64,000 bases of DNA from Mytilus trossulus (Eukaryota). The translations under genes and the position numbers were made by a program. Below are positions 14,001-29,400 of this stretch, in pieces (position 1 is the first letter of the stretch; each line of letters starts with the position of its first letter). The notes beneath the pieces were generated by a model that saw only the letters and a list, made by a program, of their open reading frames with translations, ran no database searches and had not been told where the DNA came from. The stretch is from NCBI RefSeq assembly GCF_036588685.1, contig NC_086376.1:80269630-80333629 (forward strand). The letters are read 5' to 3'.

Positions 14001-17000
14001 AACGTTACGACATCCAACTTGATCTGTATTATGTGAAAATTAACATTGTCTGAGCCTTTTTCAACTGATTTTTATAGTTTGTTCTTAAGTTATACTGTTA
14101 CACCATTGTCCCAGGTAAGGGTAGGGTTGGGATTCTGCTAATATGTTTAATGCCGCCACATTCTGTATGCATGTGCCTGTCCCAAGCCAGGAGCCTGTAA
14201 TTAAGTGGTTGTCATTTTTAATGTGTTACATATTTGTTTTACATTTGTCATTTCAGAGCTTTTTATAGCTGACTATGCGGTATGGGCTTTTCTCATTGTT
14301 GAAGGCTGTGACCTTCAATGACCTAAAGATGTTAATTTCTTTGTCATTCGGTCTCTTGTGGAGAGTTGTCTCATTTGCAATTATACCACATCTTCTTTCT
14401 CCATATTATATATAAGTTTCATTATATTTGGTTGAGGCAAACTAAAGTTGGAAAACAGAAATGAAAATTTCAGCATTTTTTATGTTTATAAAGGGACAAA
14501 ACTTAAGGACAGTAAAAGTAACACTATCCAACTTTACTCTTGATCTCTATTATGTGGTAATAAACATTGTATATAAGATTCAAAATATTTGGTTTAGGCA
14601 AACTAAATTTATAGATTTGAAACGAAATATTCAGCAATTTTGAAATGTACCGACGGATGTACAAGACAAAACTTAATACCTGCTCCACTACGGCAGGGGC
14701 ATAACAAATGTACTGTTAAAACATTATTTCTTTTCCAGTCAAAAAGGGATATGCCTCTTAATCTGCCACTGGAAATACTTCTGTATATGTGTAATTTGGC
14801 AAGCTGAGTGAGCTACACAAATTTGGAATATTTTAGGACAGACTGTTTATTTTTATGTATGATTAGACACGAATATTTATATCCAACTTAATGGGGAGTA
14901 GAATAATAATTGCCAAAATCTGCTAGACTTGCCCTCAGAATAAAGTGGTTGTTCCTAGTAATGGACAAATATCAATATAATATGAATTATTATTAAATAT
15001 AGAACCAAAAAGTAAAAGTCCTTTAATTTACCTTTCTCTTTTATTTACAATAACATAAATTACATATACAACATATACATCATATACTAACCATCTCTTT
15101 ATAAATTTCAAATCTTTTTGGATCCACTTTGAAAGTTGTCATTTTCTCCAATATCTTGGCCAATAAAACTTTCTGTTTCTGGTTATATCCTCCGATAGCA
15201 AACTAGAAAAAAAGAAACCAATTACACTTGATTATATTCAAGTTCATAGCAGAGTTAGGAATTAAACCATAGTTTAATATACAACTATTGCCTTTGTTTG
15301 AAGTTGATACACAGAATATATATAGCTGAAAGAATTATATCAACTGAAGATTAAGTCTCAGCTTGATATACTTATTTAGGTTGATATATCATATCCACAT
15401 CAAATAAAGCTACAATTGTTATCAATTGTAACAAAGGATTGAGGTTTTTAGATTCTTATTTATATATATATCACTTTTTTTATAAGCAATATTATTCTCC
15501 AACATTTCTAACAACTCTCATATGAATGTGTACGGAACACTATGCTAAACAAATTACGTAACAAATTTTCTATATATTGTTTTTTACTGAATGATAGCCA
15601 TTTACATATTTGTATACTACTGCAACTTCTTATCTGACCTGTTGAGAAGAGCTTAAAATGAATATAATTATATCTCATGATAACCGTTCAAATAATTTAT
15701 GATTTTTTTTTTTTTACAGTATATCAACTTTACTTTTTGAAAAAGACATTAAAAAAATAAAATGATATTGCATTTGAAGAAATGACTTCAGGAGAACTTT
15801 CTTAAGAAATGGCTAGATAATTATTATTTACAAGATAAGGGACGACATCAAAAGATCGATGTAGGATAAAAAACTTAAATCAAATAGTTTGGGGGTGGGG
15901 GTAAAAATTCTGCAAGTTTTGTGTATCTAAAATCGATTTTTACATATATCCCTATTGGTAAATCAATTTTTCCCTAATTTAGTTAAGAGGGGGGTGTGGG
16001 GGTCAGTGAAAAAACTATGTGAATTAATTTTTTTATCCTACATTGAACTTTTGATGTCGTCCCTAACTCAGCACATATGTCAAATTCAAATTTACTTTAT
16101 ACAAAAATTGCTTAAAATATGAACAATTTCAACAACCCTAAAAAATTGTAACTTGGTTTAGGCACTACAGGTATAGAATATAAACTTGAAGACATGAATG
16201 AAAACTAAAAAGAGTCTCTGTCTCATAAATTTTTTTCCCCTTTACTGTTCAACATAATGATTTTAAAAAGCATGTTATGATATATGATTTTAAAAGAATA
16301 TGATTATATGATAAAGAATTCTTTATATCCAGAGGAATAGTTCTATTATCAAGAAGAACTTTAAACTGTTTACAGTAGTGTAATATAACTTGATCTAGAT
16401 AAGATACTGTACTATAACATATATTTAAATCTATATATATTTTATATACCGGGTCAGGTTTATATTATAATCACCTGGTTGCAAACCAGGAAGTATCATA
16501 ACATCCATAATGGCGTTTTCTAAATCAGTAATTAGAAGCCAGATACCAATAAATTGTAATTTATGTGAAACTGAGAAGAACATAAAATGGAAATGTCTGA
16601 CCTGTGGAGTTCTAATGTGTAGTACATGTCAAGATAAAATACATCTGAGAATTGGTAAGGATCATAAGGTAGTGGACATCAAGGATGTAGGGCTGCCTGT
16701 TGAAAAATTAGATTTTACCAATATCAAATGTAAAGAACATTCAGAACAATCTACTTGCCTTTTTTGTACAAAATGTGACAAACTGGTTTGCCCTACTTGT
16801 GTTGCTAAGGTTCACAAGAAACATGATTTAACTGAAATAAGTGAAGCATATAACATGAAGATAGAAAGACTAAAGAAGGGACAGAGTAAACTGCAAAAGG
16901 AAAAATATGAAATCATTGCAACCAAGGATGAACTGAACCAGTTACAAAAATCGGAAAATTCAAGTTATGCCAAAGTTAGGGCAGATATTCTTAACCATGA

Positions 17001-20000
17001 GAAAGTTTTAAAGAAAGCAGTTGAGAAACATATTACAAAACTAAGAAATGAGGTAGATCAGAACCACAAAGCCTGTTCCAAAGCAACTGAAGAAAGTATC
17101 AATGCCATTTCCAAAAGTGAAAGACAAATAGACAAAAAGTATAGTGATGTTCAAGATTTCATTAATACCACTGACATTCCTAATTTTTTCAAAGAATTTT
17201 GCCAAATTGAGAAATCAACAGAAGTATCCATCCCAAAACCTGAAATATCCCATAAAACAACACTACAATTTATTCCAGGAGAGATAACTCAGTCTAAAAT
17301 TGGAGTTCTACAAAGTGTAGACATACCTGTACCAGACGTAAATGTTTCTCTTAGTGATGTAAATCAATATCAGACTAATCTTTCTGTTGTTGATTATTTA
17401 TCTCCATGTGATGATGATTCACTGTGGATAGCTAGTCCAAATGATCAAATACTACAGAAAGTAAAACCTGAAGGAACCAATCTAAAGATAATATCAACCT
17501 TCAACATCCAGGTCTATGGTATGGCAATAACTGCTTCTGATGATCTACTTCTGGCAACAGATGAATCCAGACTACAGATGATGAGCAGGACCACTGGTAA
17601 AGTAACAGACAGTGTGTATGACATTCATTCTTTCTCTCCTATAGCCATTCATGTCACCAGTGATGGTCAGATTATAGTAGGAGGTGGTCATATTGAAGAT
17701 GAAAGAACAGCAGTGTTTGTAATAAATAAGAATGGAAACCATGAAGCTGTGTATGAACATGACCGACATAGTAATCCTATATTTAATTATCCCAGGAGAA
17801 TTACTACAACCAGCAATGGTAACATACATGTGGCAGACTATGATACAGATGAAGACAGTGGTAAAGTGGTAGTGATAGGACAGGGAGGTGATGTAGTAAA
17901 TATTTATAAAGGGGATACAGAGATCAATAAGAAGGCACCATTCAGACCAACAGAAATAGTGACAACACCAGAAGACAATGTCATTGTAGCTGATGTTGAT
18001 ACTCATACACTCCTCATCCTGAACAACTCTGGACACATGATTACATACATAAAGACAACAGACAATGGAATAGAAGGTGCATGTTCTCTTGCTTTCTCTC
18101 AAACAGGACAGCTCTATATAGGATGTTCTACACCTGAACACAGTACAGCCAAGGAAGCCAAGATATATAAAGTGAATATATCTGGATGCTGATGTTATCC
18201 ATACACAATTTATTACAATTTAATTTATCAGAATGCTTTGCAACAATCAAATGACTTCTAAAAAGACAAACTATTGTTTATCATAAATTTTACTATTTTG
18301 CATGTATACTTCAAACCAGTGAAGAGTTGTGTTGAGATAGTTAGATAGAAATAACATTTCATGACAATCTTCTTATACCTAGTCCTATGTCAAAATATTT
18401 ATATGATAATCAGATTTAAAATGTGATTATTATGTTATATTCATTTTTTTTATTATTAATGCATGTTGTAGGTTAAAATATTTTAGCAGATTTTAGGTTT
18501 GTTTTCTTATGTCACTTTACATCATCTTTTTCATAGAATGCTTTGTGTATTGTCTTTTAAAAACAAAAACACAAAACAATTCAAGTGTACATTTGTAAAA
18601 TTATAATATATTCTGTGAATATCATACTATTAGTATTACACTAGAAGTGCCAGCAGTAACTCACGTTTTTATAACATTAATTAAAATTTCAATAAGATAG
18701 TAGGTACCATATTTGTGTTACAATATAATACCAGTTTAGGCTTCAAAAGTTCAAATGAAGGTAAATCAATGTATAACTAGAAAATGATATAGTCAGGGAT
18801 ACTGTTAACAATAAATTATTCAATTCTTTCTACATACCATACAAAAATTTGGTTTTGAAGTTTAGCTGAATCAGTAAAATTCTGATATAAACAGGATAAC
18901 CATAAATCTATCTATTTTTTTCTGTTATGTTGTACATATTAAGCATGTAAAAAGTAATTAATTACAACTATATATGTGGTTTTTTGCTATTATTTAGATC
19001 AATTTATCCATCAGGTAAAACTGTTCATAGATTTTATACTTTATAAACAAAACCACAAAGACTAATGCCTTCTAAAATTTGAAAAGTATGAAATCACAGA
19101 TTCAAATATCAACAAAAAATAGTTCTACAAACCATAAGAATTACAATTTATGAATATCTGTAAACATCAGACACAGAAATCCAAGTTTAGAATATAAAGA
19201 ATTAAAGAATTCATCTATAGTACACATATGCCCCAAGTGCACTATCATGTTCAGTGGACTGTGAATGTGGGGTAAAAACTCTAATTTGGCATTAAATTAG
19301 GAAGGTCATATCATAGGGATAATATGTAAAATTGAGAATGGAAATGGGGAATGTGTCAAAGAGACAACAACCCGACCAAAATAAAAAAACACAACAGCAG
19401 AAGGTCACCAACAGGTCTTCAATGTAGCGAGAAATTCCCGCACCCGGAGGCGTCCTTCAGCTGGCCCCTAAACAAATATATACTAGTTCAGTGATAATGA
19501 ACGCCATACTAATTTCCAAATTGTACACAAGAAACTAAAATTTAAATAATACAAGACTAACAAAGGCCAGAGGCTCCTGACTTGGGACAGGCGCAAAAAT
19601 GCGGCGGGGTTAAACATGTTTGTGAGATCTCAACCCTCCCCCTATACCTCTAACCAGTGTAGAAAAGTAAAAGCATAACAATACGCACATTAAAATTCAG
19701 TTCAAGAGAAGTCCGAGTCTGATGTCAGAAGATGTAACCAAAGAAAATAAACAAAATGACAATAATACATAAATAACAACAGACTACTAGCAGTTAACTG
19801 ACATGCCAGCTCCAGACTTCAATTAAACTGACTGAAAGATTATGATTTCATCATATGAACATCAGGCACAATCCTTCCCGTAAGGGGTTTAGTATCATAC
19901 CATACTAAGTTGCAACTGGATTGGACTTCAACTTCATCAAAAACATCATTGACATGCATATAAACTCATTTCAAAAGTGATTATTTTCGAAGGGTTAAAT

Positions 20001-23000
20001 ATTTTGCAGTGGTGTCTTGCCATGGCTTTGTTTGGGGTGTTGATAAACGGCGGAAACGGAATACGGAACGGAAATGAAATACAGAAACAGAATGAATTTG
20101 CATCTTTTCTTTTCGGTTATTTCATCTACATAGGCATATTTAATATAGTTTTACACAATTTAATTAGAGTAAAACCCAGAGTTATGAATTTGAAATGAAT
20201 TATTTTAAAGCATAAAGTATTGAAATAATTACCAGGAGAGGATGAGACTATGTTTTTGAAATATTTGGTAAGGTCATGTGTACGTCGTTCATTGCCTTGA
20301 ATCGAGATTTTGCTGTTTTGCATTGGTGATTTTCGTTGTATCTTTTTTTGTATAAAGGAAAGAAAACGTAAAAAAAAACCAAATTGGTCAAATAGGTGTA
20401 TGGACAAAATTCGATATGGAAACCAGGGTCTCTAGAATAGAAACTTGTATATACTTTATTTTTATGAAAATGAATTGACAAAATCTCTCACTATACAAAG
20501 CCTTTCACGGTGTCTTCTCATTTATCCAACTTTTAAAAATAAGGTATTCTCATTTAGCCAACTTTTTATTTTTGTTAATTATTAGGTTGTTTGTTTAGTA
20601 ATAAGAAGGTCAGTCTTTCAAAAATATGACAGTAAATTTGTTCCTGTATGTTTTTATATTATTTAAAACATATATATAAAATAGGCGATAGTAAACTTGT
20701 AACATTTTATTTTAAGATAAAATAAATGTTTCATAATTTATACAGAAGAAACCCACAAATCAGTAATATTTGGTCATTTGAGGTTTTGTGTTAATTTGCA
20801 TTTATACTAGTAACATGTATAATTAGTTTAGCATTTTTACTTCCCAATCTGGATAGCCTTTGGTAGTATCGTATTGTTTCAATGTCCATTAGTTAGTAAG
20901 TTAGTCACATCATCAGACCTACATTTTGCCATCAAGTTCAAGCACCATGTGTATTCATGCCATATACAACCGATCGGAACTAGACAGTGACATGATTGCT
21001 TTAATCTAGCACTGTTGTACAATAAAGTCAATTTTCCATATTCAATCATATATTCCACATTAAAGCCTACAATATTTAAAACGAACGAACTTTATACTTC
21101 AGTTTTTGTTTGTCTTGTATCATTTGCTGCTCAAACCAATAGAGAGATATTTATTAGTCTGGCTTCTTCATAATTTGATGCTAAATTGTTGAAACCAAGG
21201 AGATTCTGAGCTTCCCTATGGACCCTCTACCAGGGCAACTGTAATTACGCCTTTTGTTCATAAAATCATGGCCTAGGACTATTGAAATATTTAGTAAACA
21301 TACTTAGACAACAGACTGACCCAACTTAAGGATATTATACTACAACAAGAACAGATCAATTTATATCACTGCACTGATACAGTATCCCATCTACTTAAAC
21401 TATAGGATGAAGATCTACTGAACATTCCATCAGTGTGTGATATCATATGGATATTTCTGTGTTACGTTTTTAACCATTGTGGTTGAATTGCTTTTGTTTA
21501 TATATATTTAAAAATATATATATAAACAAAAGCAATTCAAGCATATTTAAAAAAATATATAAGTATTATATGTTGTGTGAATTTTGTTCTTTTCAGTCTT
21601 TGTGTTCTTAAACGTATTCAATTTATATTTTGTTTTATTTGGATTATTTAGTCAGAAGAACAGAAAAAAATGAATGAATAAAAATGCAACTGATGTTTTT
21701 CTATCCAATTCATATTTAAACTAAAGGTTAAAATTTTAAAAAAAACTTTTGTAAGTTAACTGCTAGTAGTCTGTTGTTATTTATGTATTATTGTCATTTT
21801 GTTTATTTTCTTTGGTTACATCTTCTGACATCAGACTCAGACTTCTCTTGAACTGAATTTTAATTTCCGTATTGTTATGCGTTTACTTTTCTACATTGGT
21901 TAGAGGTATAGGGGAGGGTTGAGATCTCACAAACATGTTTAACCCCGCCGCATTTTTGCGCCTGTCCCAAGTCAGGAGCCTCTGGCCTTTGTTAAGTCTT
22001 GTATTATTTTAATTTTAGTTTCTTGTGTACAATTTGGAAATTAGTATGGCGTTCATTATCACTGAACTAGTACATATATGTTTAGGGGCCAGCTGAAGGA
22101 TGCCTCCGGGTGGCGGGAATTTCTCGCTACATTGAAGACCTGTTGGTGACCTTCTGCAGTTGTTTTTTTATTTGGTCGGGTTGTTGTCTCTTTGACACAT
22201 TCCCCATTTTCATTCTCAATTTTATTTCAAATGGTTTACAATTCAATAACTAAATGTCAGTTGCACATTTTAACATGCTATATGCTAAATAATACTACAG
22301 AATATTTAATCCGGGTATAATTTTCAGTCTTATTTTTCACCTGTCATTTAACTCAAATTCTAATTGAAAAACCTTTTGTTCTTAAATACCTTTGATCTCG
22401 TCTATCCAACTTTTTTTTTTACCTTTACTACCTATAATTTATAAAAGTAAGATAAATGAGAATGAACCCTTTTCACAACCTTTTACGTGAATACTAAAGG
22501 AATTGTATAGTAAATTCTTGCAGTACTGACGTATGCTGTTTAGTATTTACATAGGAAAGCATTATATCTCCTAGAAATTGAATCAATAAATACGAATTGA
22601 TGTGCAAAAAGTGGCAAACAATTAGTAGCCTAAATAGATATATATGATTTGCACAGTGCCCTCACCAAGTTATGCCTAGTCTTGTCCTAAGGTTTTAAAG
22701 ATCAAGTTGTCCACGCTGCTATAAATATCATGCCGCTTAATTCTTCTGTCAAAATTCAATTCCTCTCAAGCAGCTCTGAATTTTGTTTCATAACAAGTGA
22801 AAAAAGTTTCACTCATTCAGTATGCTGTGTTACTATAGAAGAAAACATTGAAAGATAGACAAAAAAGCCAGAGTGTTTTCAAACTCAGAAGTCGAAAACA
22901 AATCGTCAACGCCATGATTATAAAAGATAAAATGCCAAAAAAGACAAAAAGACAAACAGGCAAACAAAACACACAAAACACAACATATAAACTAAAGGCT

Positions 23001-26000
23001 GAGCAACACGAATCCATGAAAAACTTGAGGTGATCCCAGCTGCTCCAGAAGGGTAAATAGATCTTGCTTCACATGTGACACCCGTTAACATAGACATGTA
23101 TTTATATTCATTCACACAAAAGAAATAGTGAAATTTGAAAGCTTCTTGTATTTATATTGTTAGTCTTTTGTGATTTTAGTGCTATGTAAAGACAACTAAA
23201 AACTCATTCTAAGATGGGTATGAATTTGTCAATGAGACAACTCTCAACTAGAGAGCAAAATGACACAGATATTAACATAGGTCACTGTACGGCCTTCAAC
23301 AATGAGCAAAACCCATGTAACATAGTCATCTATAAAAGGTCCCAAAATGACAATGTAAAATAATTCAAACGAGAAAACTAACGGCCTTATTTATGTACAA
23401 AAAAAATAAAGGAAAAAACAAATATGTAACATATAAACAAAGACAACCACTGAATTAGAGGCTCCTGACTTATGACAGGCACATACATACATAATGTGGC
23501 AGGGTTAAACATGTTAGCGGGATCCAAACCCTCCCCCTAATCTGGGACAGTGGTATAACATTACAACATAAAAACGAACTGTAAAAATCAGTTGAAAAGA
23601 CTTAACTCATCAGATGGATACAAATACAAGTGGATGTGGCTGGGTACTTGTACATCCCAACAACAAAAAGACACAAGGTACATATCTGAGAGTTCTCAGA
23701 GTTAACTGACAGCTAGTTCAAAGCCACTATAAACAAATAAAAAAATCTTGCATCTAAGACGTAAAGCAATGATGCTATTATACTAATCTAGACGGCGGTA
23801 ACACATCATGTTGGAGCATACTATATGTTGCAGCATCTAGCAGAGAATGCATGTTTCAGATACTTAATTAGCGGAAATGCAGGCATGTATTCTTTTGTCC
23901 CTTCATCATGTATCAAGCTGGTATTGATGATTGTTGAAAAAAAGGTGAATAATAATAATTATGATAGCTGCTAGTTTATTTTATATTTTTTGTTTTACAT
24001 TCTATGGCCTATTTCTTCTGGCCCTCATACTTTTTCCATATTCTAATTTTGTTCTCGACCATACTTAAGTTAATATATCTTTCCATTTTAGATGTAACGG
24101 TTCATATTTAGTTGATACAATTATAGTGAAAAGTTCATTTAATATTTTTGCTCTGTCATGGTCGTTTTCTGCCAGTACTTAGACCTGATTTAGTCTTAAG
24201 TGGCATACTTTGAGAGAGTTTTTTTTTATCTGACCTGGTCCTGTTACGTGGGCTTTTCTCGTCACTTGGTGTTCGTCGTCCGATTACGTTCTTGTTAACT
24301 TTAATAAAATTTCTCAGTCCCTGAAACTACTAGGCCAATTGTCTTTAAGAGAGTCGCCTGATAGTTTTGGTTAAAATTTGCAACAATTATCATTGGTGTA
24401 TTCAGTTAAAAACTGTGTTGGCCATCGATAACCATGAAAGTCAACCAAGATAGCAGACATGGTTTGAATTAAAACACAGGGATGAAATGCAAGTGCTGTC
24501 CATTTAGAATTGCTATGAATAACGAAAACTTGATGTGAAAAACATGTCTAAACTAACATTGGACTCGAACTTCTTTTAAAATGAGGTTTACTATGTGTAT
24601 TGCTTCATATGTGTTTCTTTTTTCTACATTGGCTAGAGGTAAATGGGGAAGGTTGGGATCTCACAAAACATGTTTAACCCCGCCGCATTTTTGGGCCTGT
24701 CCCGACGAGCCTCTGGCCTTTGTAAGTCCCGTATATATTTTTGAATTTAATCTCATTTATATGTTTTGGAGTTTAGTGTGAAGCTAATTTTTACCGAACA
24801 AGTACAATTTTATTTAGCGGCCAACTGATACATCTGGGTGTGCGGGATTTGCTCGCTGCGTTGAAGTCCATTCATGTCAAAACGGTCAAATGACTTCTTA
24901 TAAGAGTAAATTAATAGACTTTATATGACGAATTTTCTCACTTGTTCGCCTATTATATTTAAATATATGATAAATAGATAGATACTTTTAATAGCAAAAA
25001 CTACCAGCAAGACAAGATCTATTGATTTTCATAGTTTTTTATTATCCTCCTTTAATTCTGTTTCTATAAAAATTTCTTCCTGTTTCTGTTCCGTTTTCCA
25101 TTCCGTTTTCTGTTTCCGCCGTTTAAGAACACCCCTTTGTTTGGACTTGTTTGTTTGCTTTTTGGCTTTGAATGTTTGTCCCTAATATTTTATTAACTAT
25201 GCATTTGAATTCAGATATCGCAGATCAAATTTATCCGTTCATAGTGTATTAACTTACATTTTTTTATTGAGTTAAGCCTGCCAATTAATATTTTATCGTG
25301 TGTTTTTCTATGTTGTGATGTTATGCTATTGTTTCAGAAAAAGAAAGAAAGTTTGGTACCATTAAAATGTGTGAGCCAAGGCTCCATGTTTAAGGCCGTA
25401 CATTGACCTATAATGGTTTACTTTTTTTAAATTGTTATTTGGATGGAGAGTTGTCTCATTGACACTCACACCACATCTATATCCATAGCAAGACACTCAT
25501 GTTGCATTTACTTCTAGTCAATATGGATGGTTTTGCTGTGTAACTACAAGGTAATAATTGAATGACAAAGAAATATTCACCTCTCAAGGTTTTATTAAAA
25601 TAAAACAAGCGTGCCAACGTGGAAATGTCTTGCTTGCTTTACTAACCCAATGATTTTTTGTTGATAGTCCCAAACATAAAGTTTTACCACAAGTATCACA
25701 TACACTTTAGATGACCAAAGAAAATGATGTCAAGATCAACCCAATAAACCAAACTAGAAGTACATGTACACATTGCAAAAATTCCATACATCAGTTGACT
25801 ATTTCTTTTATCATACAAGATACAAACTAAACAGATGAAAACTTTATTTTGACAGATGAACCAGGAAAATAAGGTCAAGGTCAGATGAACCCTGCCAGTC
25901 AGTCATCTTACAATCTTAGAGGTTTCAGTCTTAAAGGCATTCACAAGGAGTTTTATTGTCACACAACTAGTAAAAGTATAGATCTCCCAGTCCCAAATCA

Positions 26001-26431
26001 AAGTGTGCTATAATATGTTCAACTATACATAATGCCAATAAATCCTACCACGTATGAAAGCTTTCTGTTATTCTCCTTTTTGTTATTTTTATACAGGTAG
26101 TAAAATGAAACTAAAATTAAAATAACAAAATATAAACATGTAAGTTATGCAAAATAAGCTAATGAACCATGACTGAAGGTACAGGTTAAAAAATCTCCAT
26201 GTGAATGAGATATTCCAATGACCATTGAACTACCACTATTGGTTCCTCATCTTAGCGCAAACTCATACATGTAAACAAAGCTAAATTTTCAGTCATTAGA
26301 CCTTTACTGAAAAGGCAGAATAATCTACATGGAAATTAAATGCACCAATTCTTATTCAACTGCATACTAAATATCATTGACCTACAACTTGAGGTACACC
26401 ATAAACTAGACCTTATCACAAAATGGTTGAC

Positions 26432-26466
<35 letters not shown>

Positions 26467-29400
26467 CCCAACCACCACTGCCAGAAACAGCATAAATATG
26501 TCGTGGGTTTTTAGTCCATCAGGGGACACAAAGTTGCCATTCAAATGGCCTCACCAGCAGTGAAATATAAGGGTTTATCACTGTCAGAGAATAATAGGGT
26601 TGTTCACCAATAGTGCCATTTAGACATAAATATTAGTTAGCCAATAGATTTATTACTGTGAGGTAGAATAACATAATTTACTCACGGACATTCCATATAT
26701 GGTACATTCTAAGCCGTAATGTAGACCTGCTAACTCAGCATCGTAAGCATATTCATTTAAAGCATCTTTAAACAGGGATACAAACAAATACATCAGGTTA
26801 CAGTTGACTGGATCTGATCGACCTAAAGAACTGTAATATAATAAACAACACAATATCTATTACTAATTCACTTTTATACAGTCCTTAAATTTTGGGATTC
26901 ATTGTATAATAAAAACATAGTTTTAATAGAATGCTACATTACAACTATATTATGTAGTATTAGTGTATTTGAAGCTGACAAATCCAAAAGAAACAGAACT
27001 GCTTTTTCCTTCATAATAACTTTCCTTGTTTTTCATCCAATTTTGATTGATTGGATTTTTTCTTTTCTTGACCTTTCTGTTATAATGTCTATGGATTTTG
27101 TGTAACTTTTGCAATTCATAGTAAAAAAGGAAACTGTTTTTATCCTGCACCAGTTTCATCCTGTACTCATCCTTCATCTAACATAACTACAGGCCCATTT
27201 TAATCAGATAAAGAGGTTTGACTTCAGCATAGTTGAAATAGGTAACTCTATAAACTTAAATATCCTTTATTTAAAATTCTGTTAATGTATTGTAACAAGT
27301 ATTAAATAACATTTGCTATTATGATTTTTAAAATGAAAATATGTGTTTTGCAGAAATTATTCTAGTGATTTTTTCTTGTTTAAGGAAGCCCATACCTACA
27401 GCACATCATGAAAACAATAGCATTGCCTTTAACGTCTCTATTTTTCTAACTATTTATTAAAGTAAATTTTTTAAAAATTACCTTATTAATTCAAAATTAA
27501 TACAGGCTTTAGGTAATAGATAAGTATCGTCTTGTTTAAACCAAAGTTGTGTCATAGCACTGTCTTTTATAAGTTCTGGTAATGCAGCCTACAAAAAAAG
27601 ATATTTCATAGTTAATGCATACATTAGAAATACATCTGCAATGTGGTTAGTTAATTTGTTTCCCTCATAAAAAGCAAAAACTTAATTTATTGCTTTCCAG
27701 ATTTTTGTTTTCAAAGTAATTTATTAATATGGGTACGAAGTCCCCTATTACAGCAGAAAATTCAATAAAAAAAATTTCGGGAAAATCTCGGGAAAATTAT
27801 CTGAATTTTTCATTGTACTAATGAACTCAAAATCGTTTAATTTTTTTTTGTCATGCTTTTGAATTTTCGGATCGGTGCAGAAATCTACTTCCGTTTCTGG
27901 TCTTGTTTACATGAGACTTTGAATAAAATGTACATTTCAGTATCAGTCTAAGAAAGGAACTAATACTAATTCATTTAAAAAAAATGTTTGTTATTAAAAA
28001 AACGTTACCTGATGACAGTGTTTCTTTGTTTACATTGAATATGACGTCATAACTTAAATAATGTCACAACTAAAATCCTTAACAAGAGAACCAAAATCGG
28101 AAATGTTACGGTATTACCCTTTCTCTTTTTAACATTGTTGATTTTAAAAAAAAATCATAGACTTCGTCCCCATTCGCAGGTAATTCCTGCCTCATATTAA
28201 ATTTGAAAGCATACCACTATACAAATCAGTCCCATTAAGCTGTAACAATTTATATTAAAAATGATTTTTGGTTTTAAAATGGATCTATCTTTCTGCTACA
28301 GATCTGAATTCTCATAAAATAAAATAGTAAAATTGTTGATAATCAGCTTGCATACAATCAGTTATGTCCCCTAAATAACATACAAGTTCATACCACAAAA
28401 CATATTTTCAGAGTATCCATCATGAACAAATCAGTTTTTTTACATCAAATAATATATGAATGTGAGATGACATATTGTAGTTCCATCAGATGTTACTTCT
28501 TTAGCTCATTCTGTTGATAGAGGTTGGACTTAAAAACACAGTGTTTGAGACCCAGGGGAGTCAATACGATTTTCTAAAAAGAATCATACTCTCATGTTAC
28601 AAAGTCACAAAATAGTTTGAAATAACAATATGTACATTTGTTCTTTCTAGTATTGACTATTCTGTAGGAATATAACTTACTGGATCAACTTCCCTCGGTA
28701 CCAATTCAAAATCTGTTGGTATAAAATCATTCTTTTCTGGTAATGTTAAGTTCTCATTTTCTCCACATTTACTCCACATCTACAAATAGTTAGCCATTAT
28801 AGAGACAGTATTTATATAACAGAAATATAATGAGAAGTGAAATACACTTTGAAGGTTAACAAATCTTTATTCATTAATGTGTTCAGTGCTTATTCAGAAA
28901 GGTTCTCATATTCATAGTTTCTGAAAGATCATAAAATTTAAGGTGGTACCCAACACTTTCACCAATATTAATTTGGCTCTTTAATTTTCATAAAATTTTA
29001 ACAATATATTTACTTTGACCTTTTAACAAAAATATAAAAATTTCAAATATTTTGAACCAACCGTTTTGTCAGTAAAATTACACTGGTTATATAGCAGTTT
29101 GACAAGCATCACTTTTGATCATTGAAAAGCTTAGTATTCCCTTTCCAACACAACGTAATTAAAACATTTAGCTGACTTTACAGAGTTATCTCCCTGTAGT
29201 GTTATGTACCACCTTAATTACATACATATTTATTATGTATCTTTACAATTCATTCAGCTTACTTGGAAAAACTTAAAACTTATAAAAACCAGGTGCTCCG
29301 CAGGGCGCAGCTTTATACAACCCCAGTGGTTGAACCATGAACAGTTGGGGCAAATTTGGTCACAATATTCAAGCTTGATTCTGTCTTAATTTGGATTGTG

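Noticed and set aside
17572-18141. 189-aa minus-strand ORF
   Set aside because: It is the antisense shadow of the TRIM-like CDS with no recognisable motif, and it lies within an IDE intron.
15203-27481. A duplicate of the 145-nt exon 18, analogous to the mammalian IDE 15a/15b mutually exclusive exons
   Set aside because: No second NEYAY-like exon was found by eye in the flanking introns; a tblastn search would settle it.
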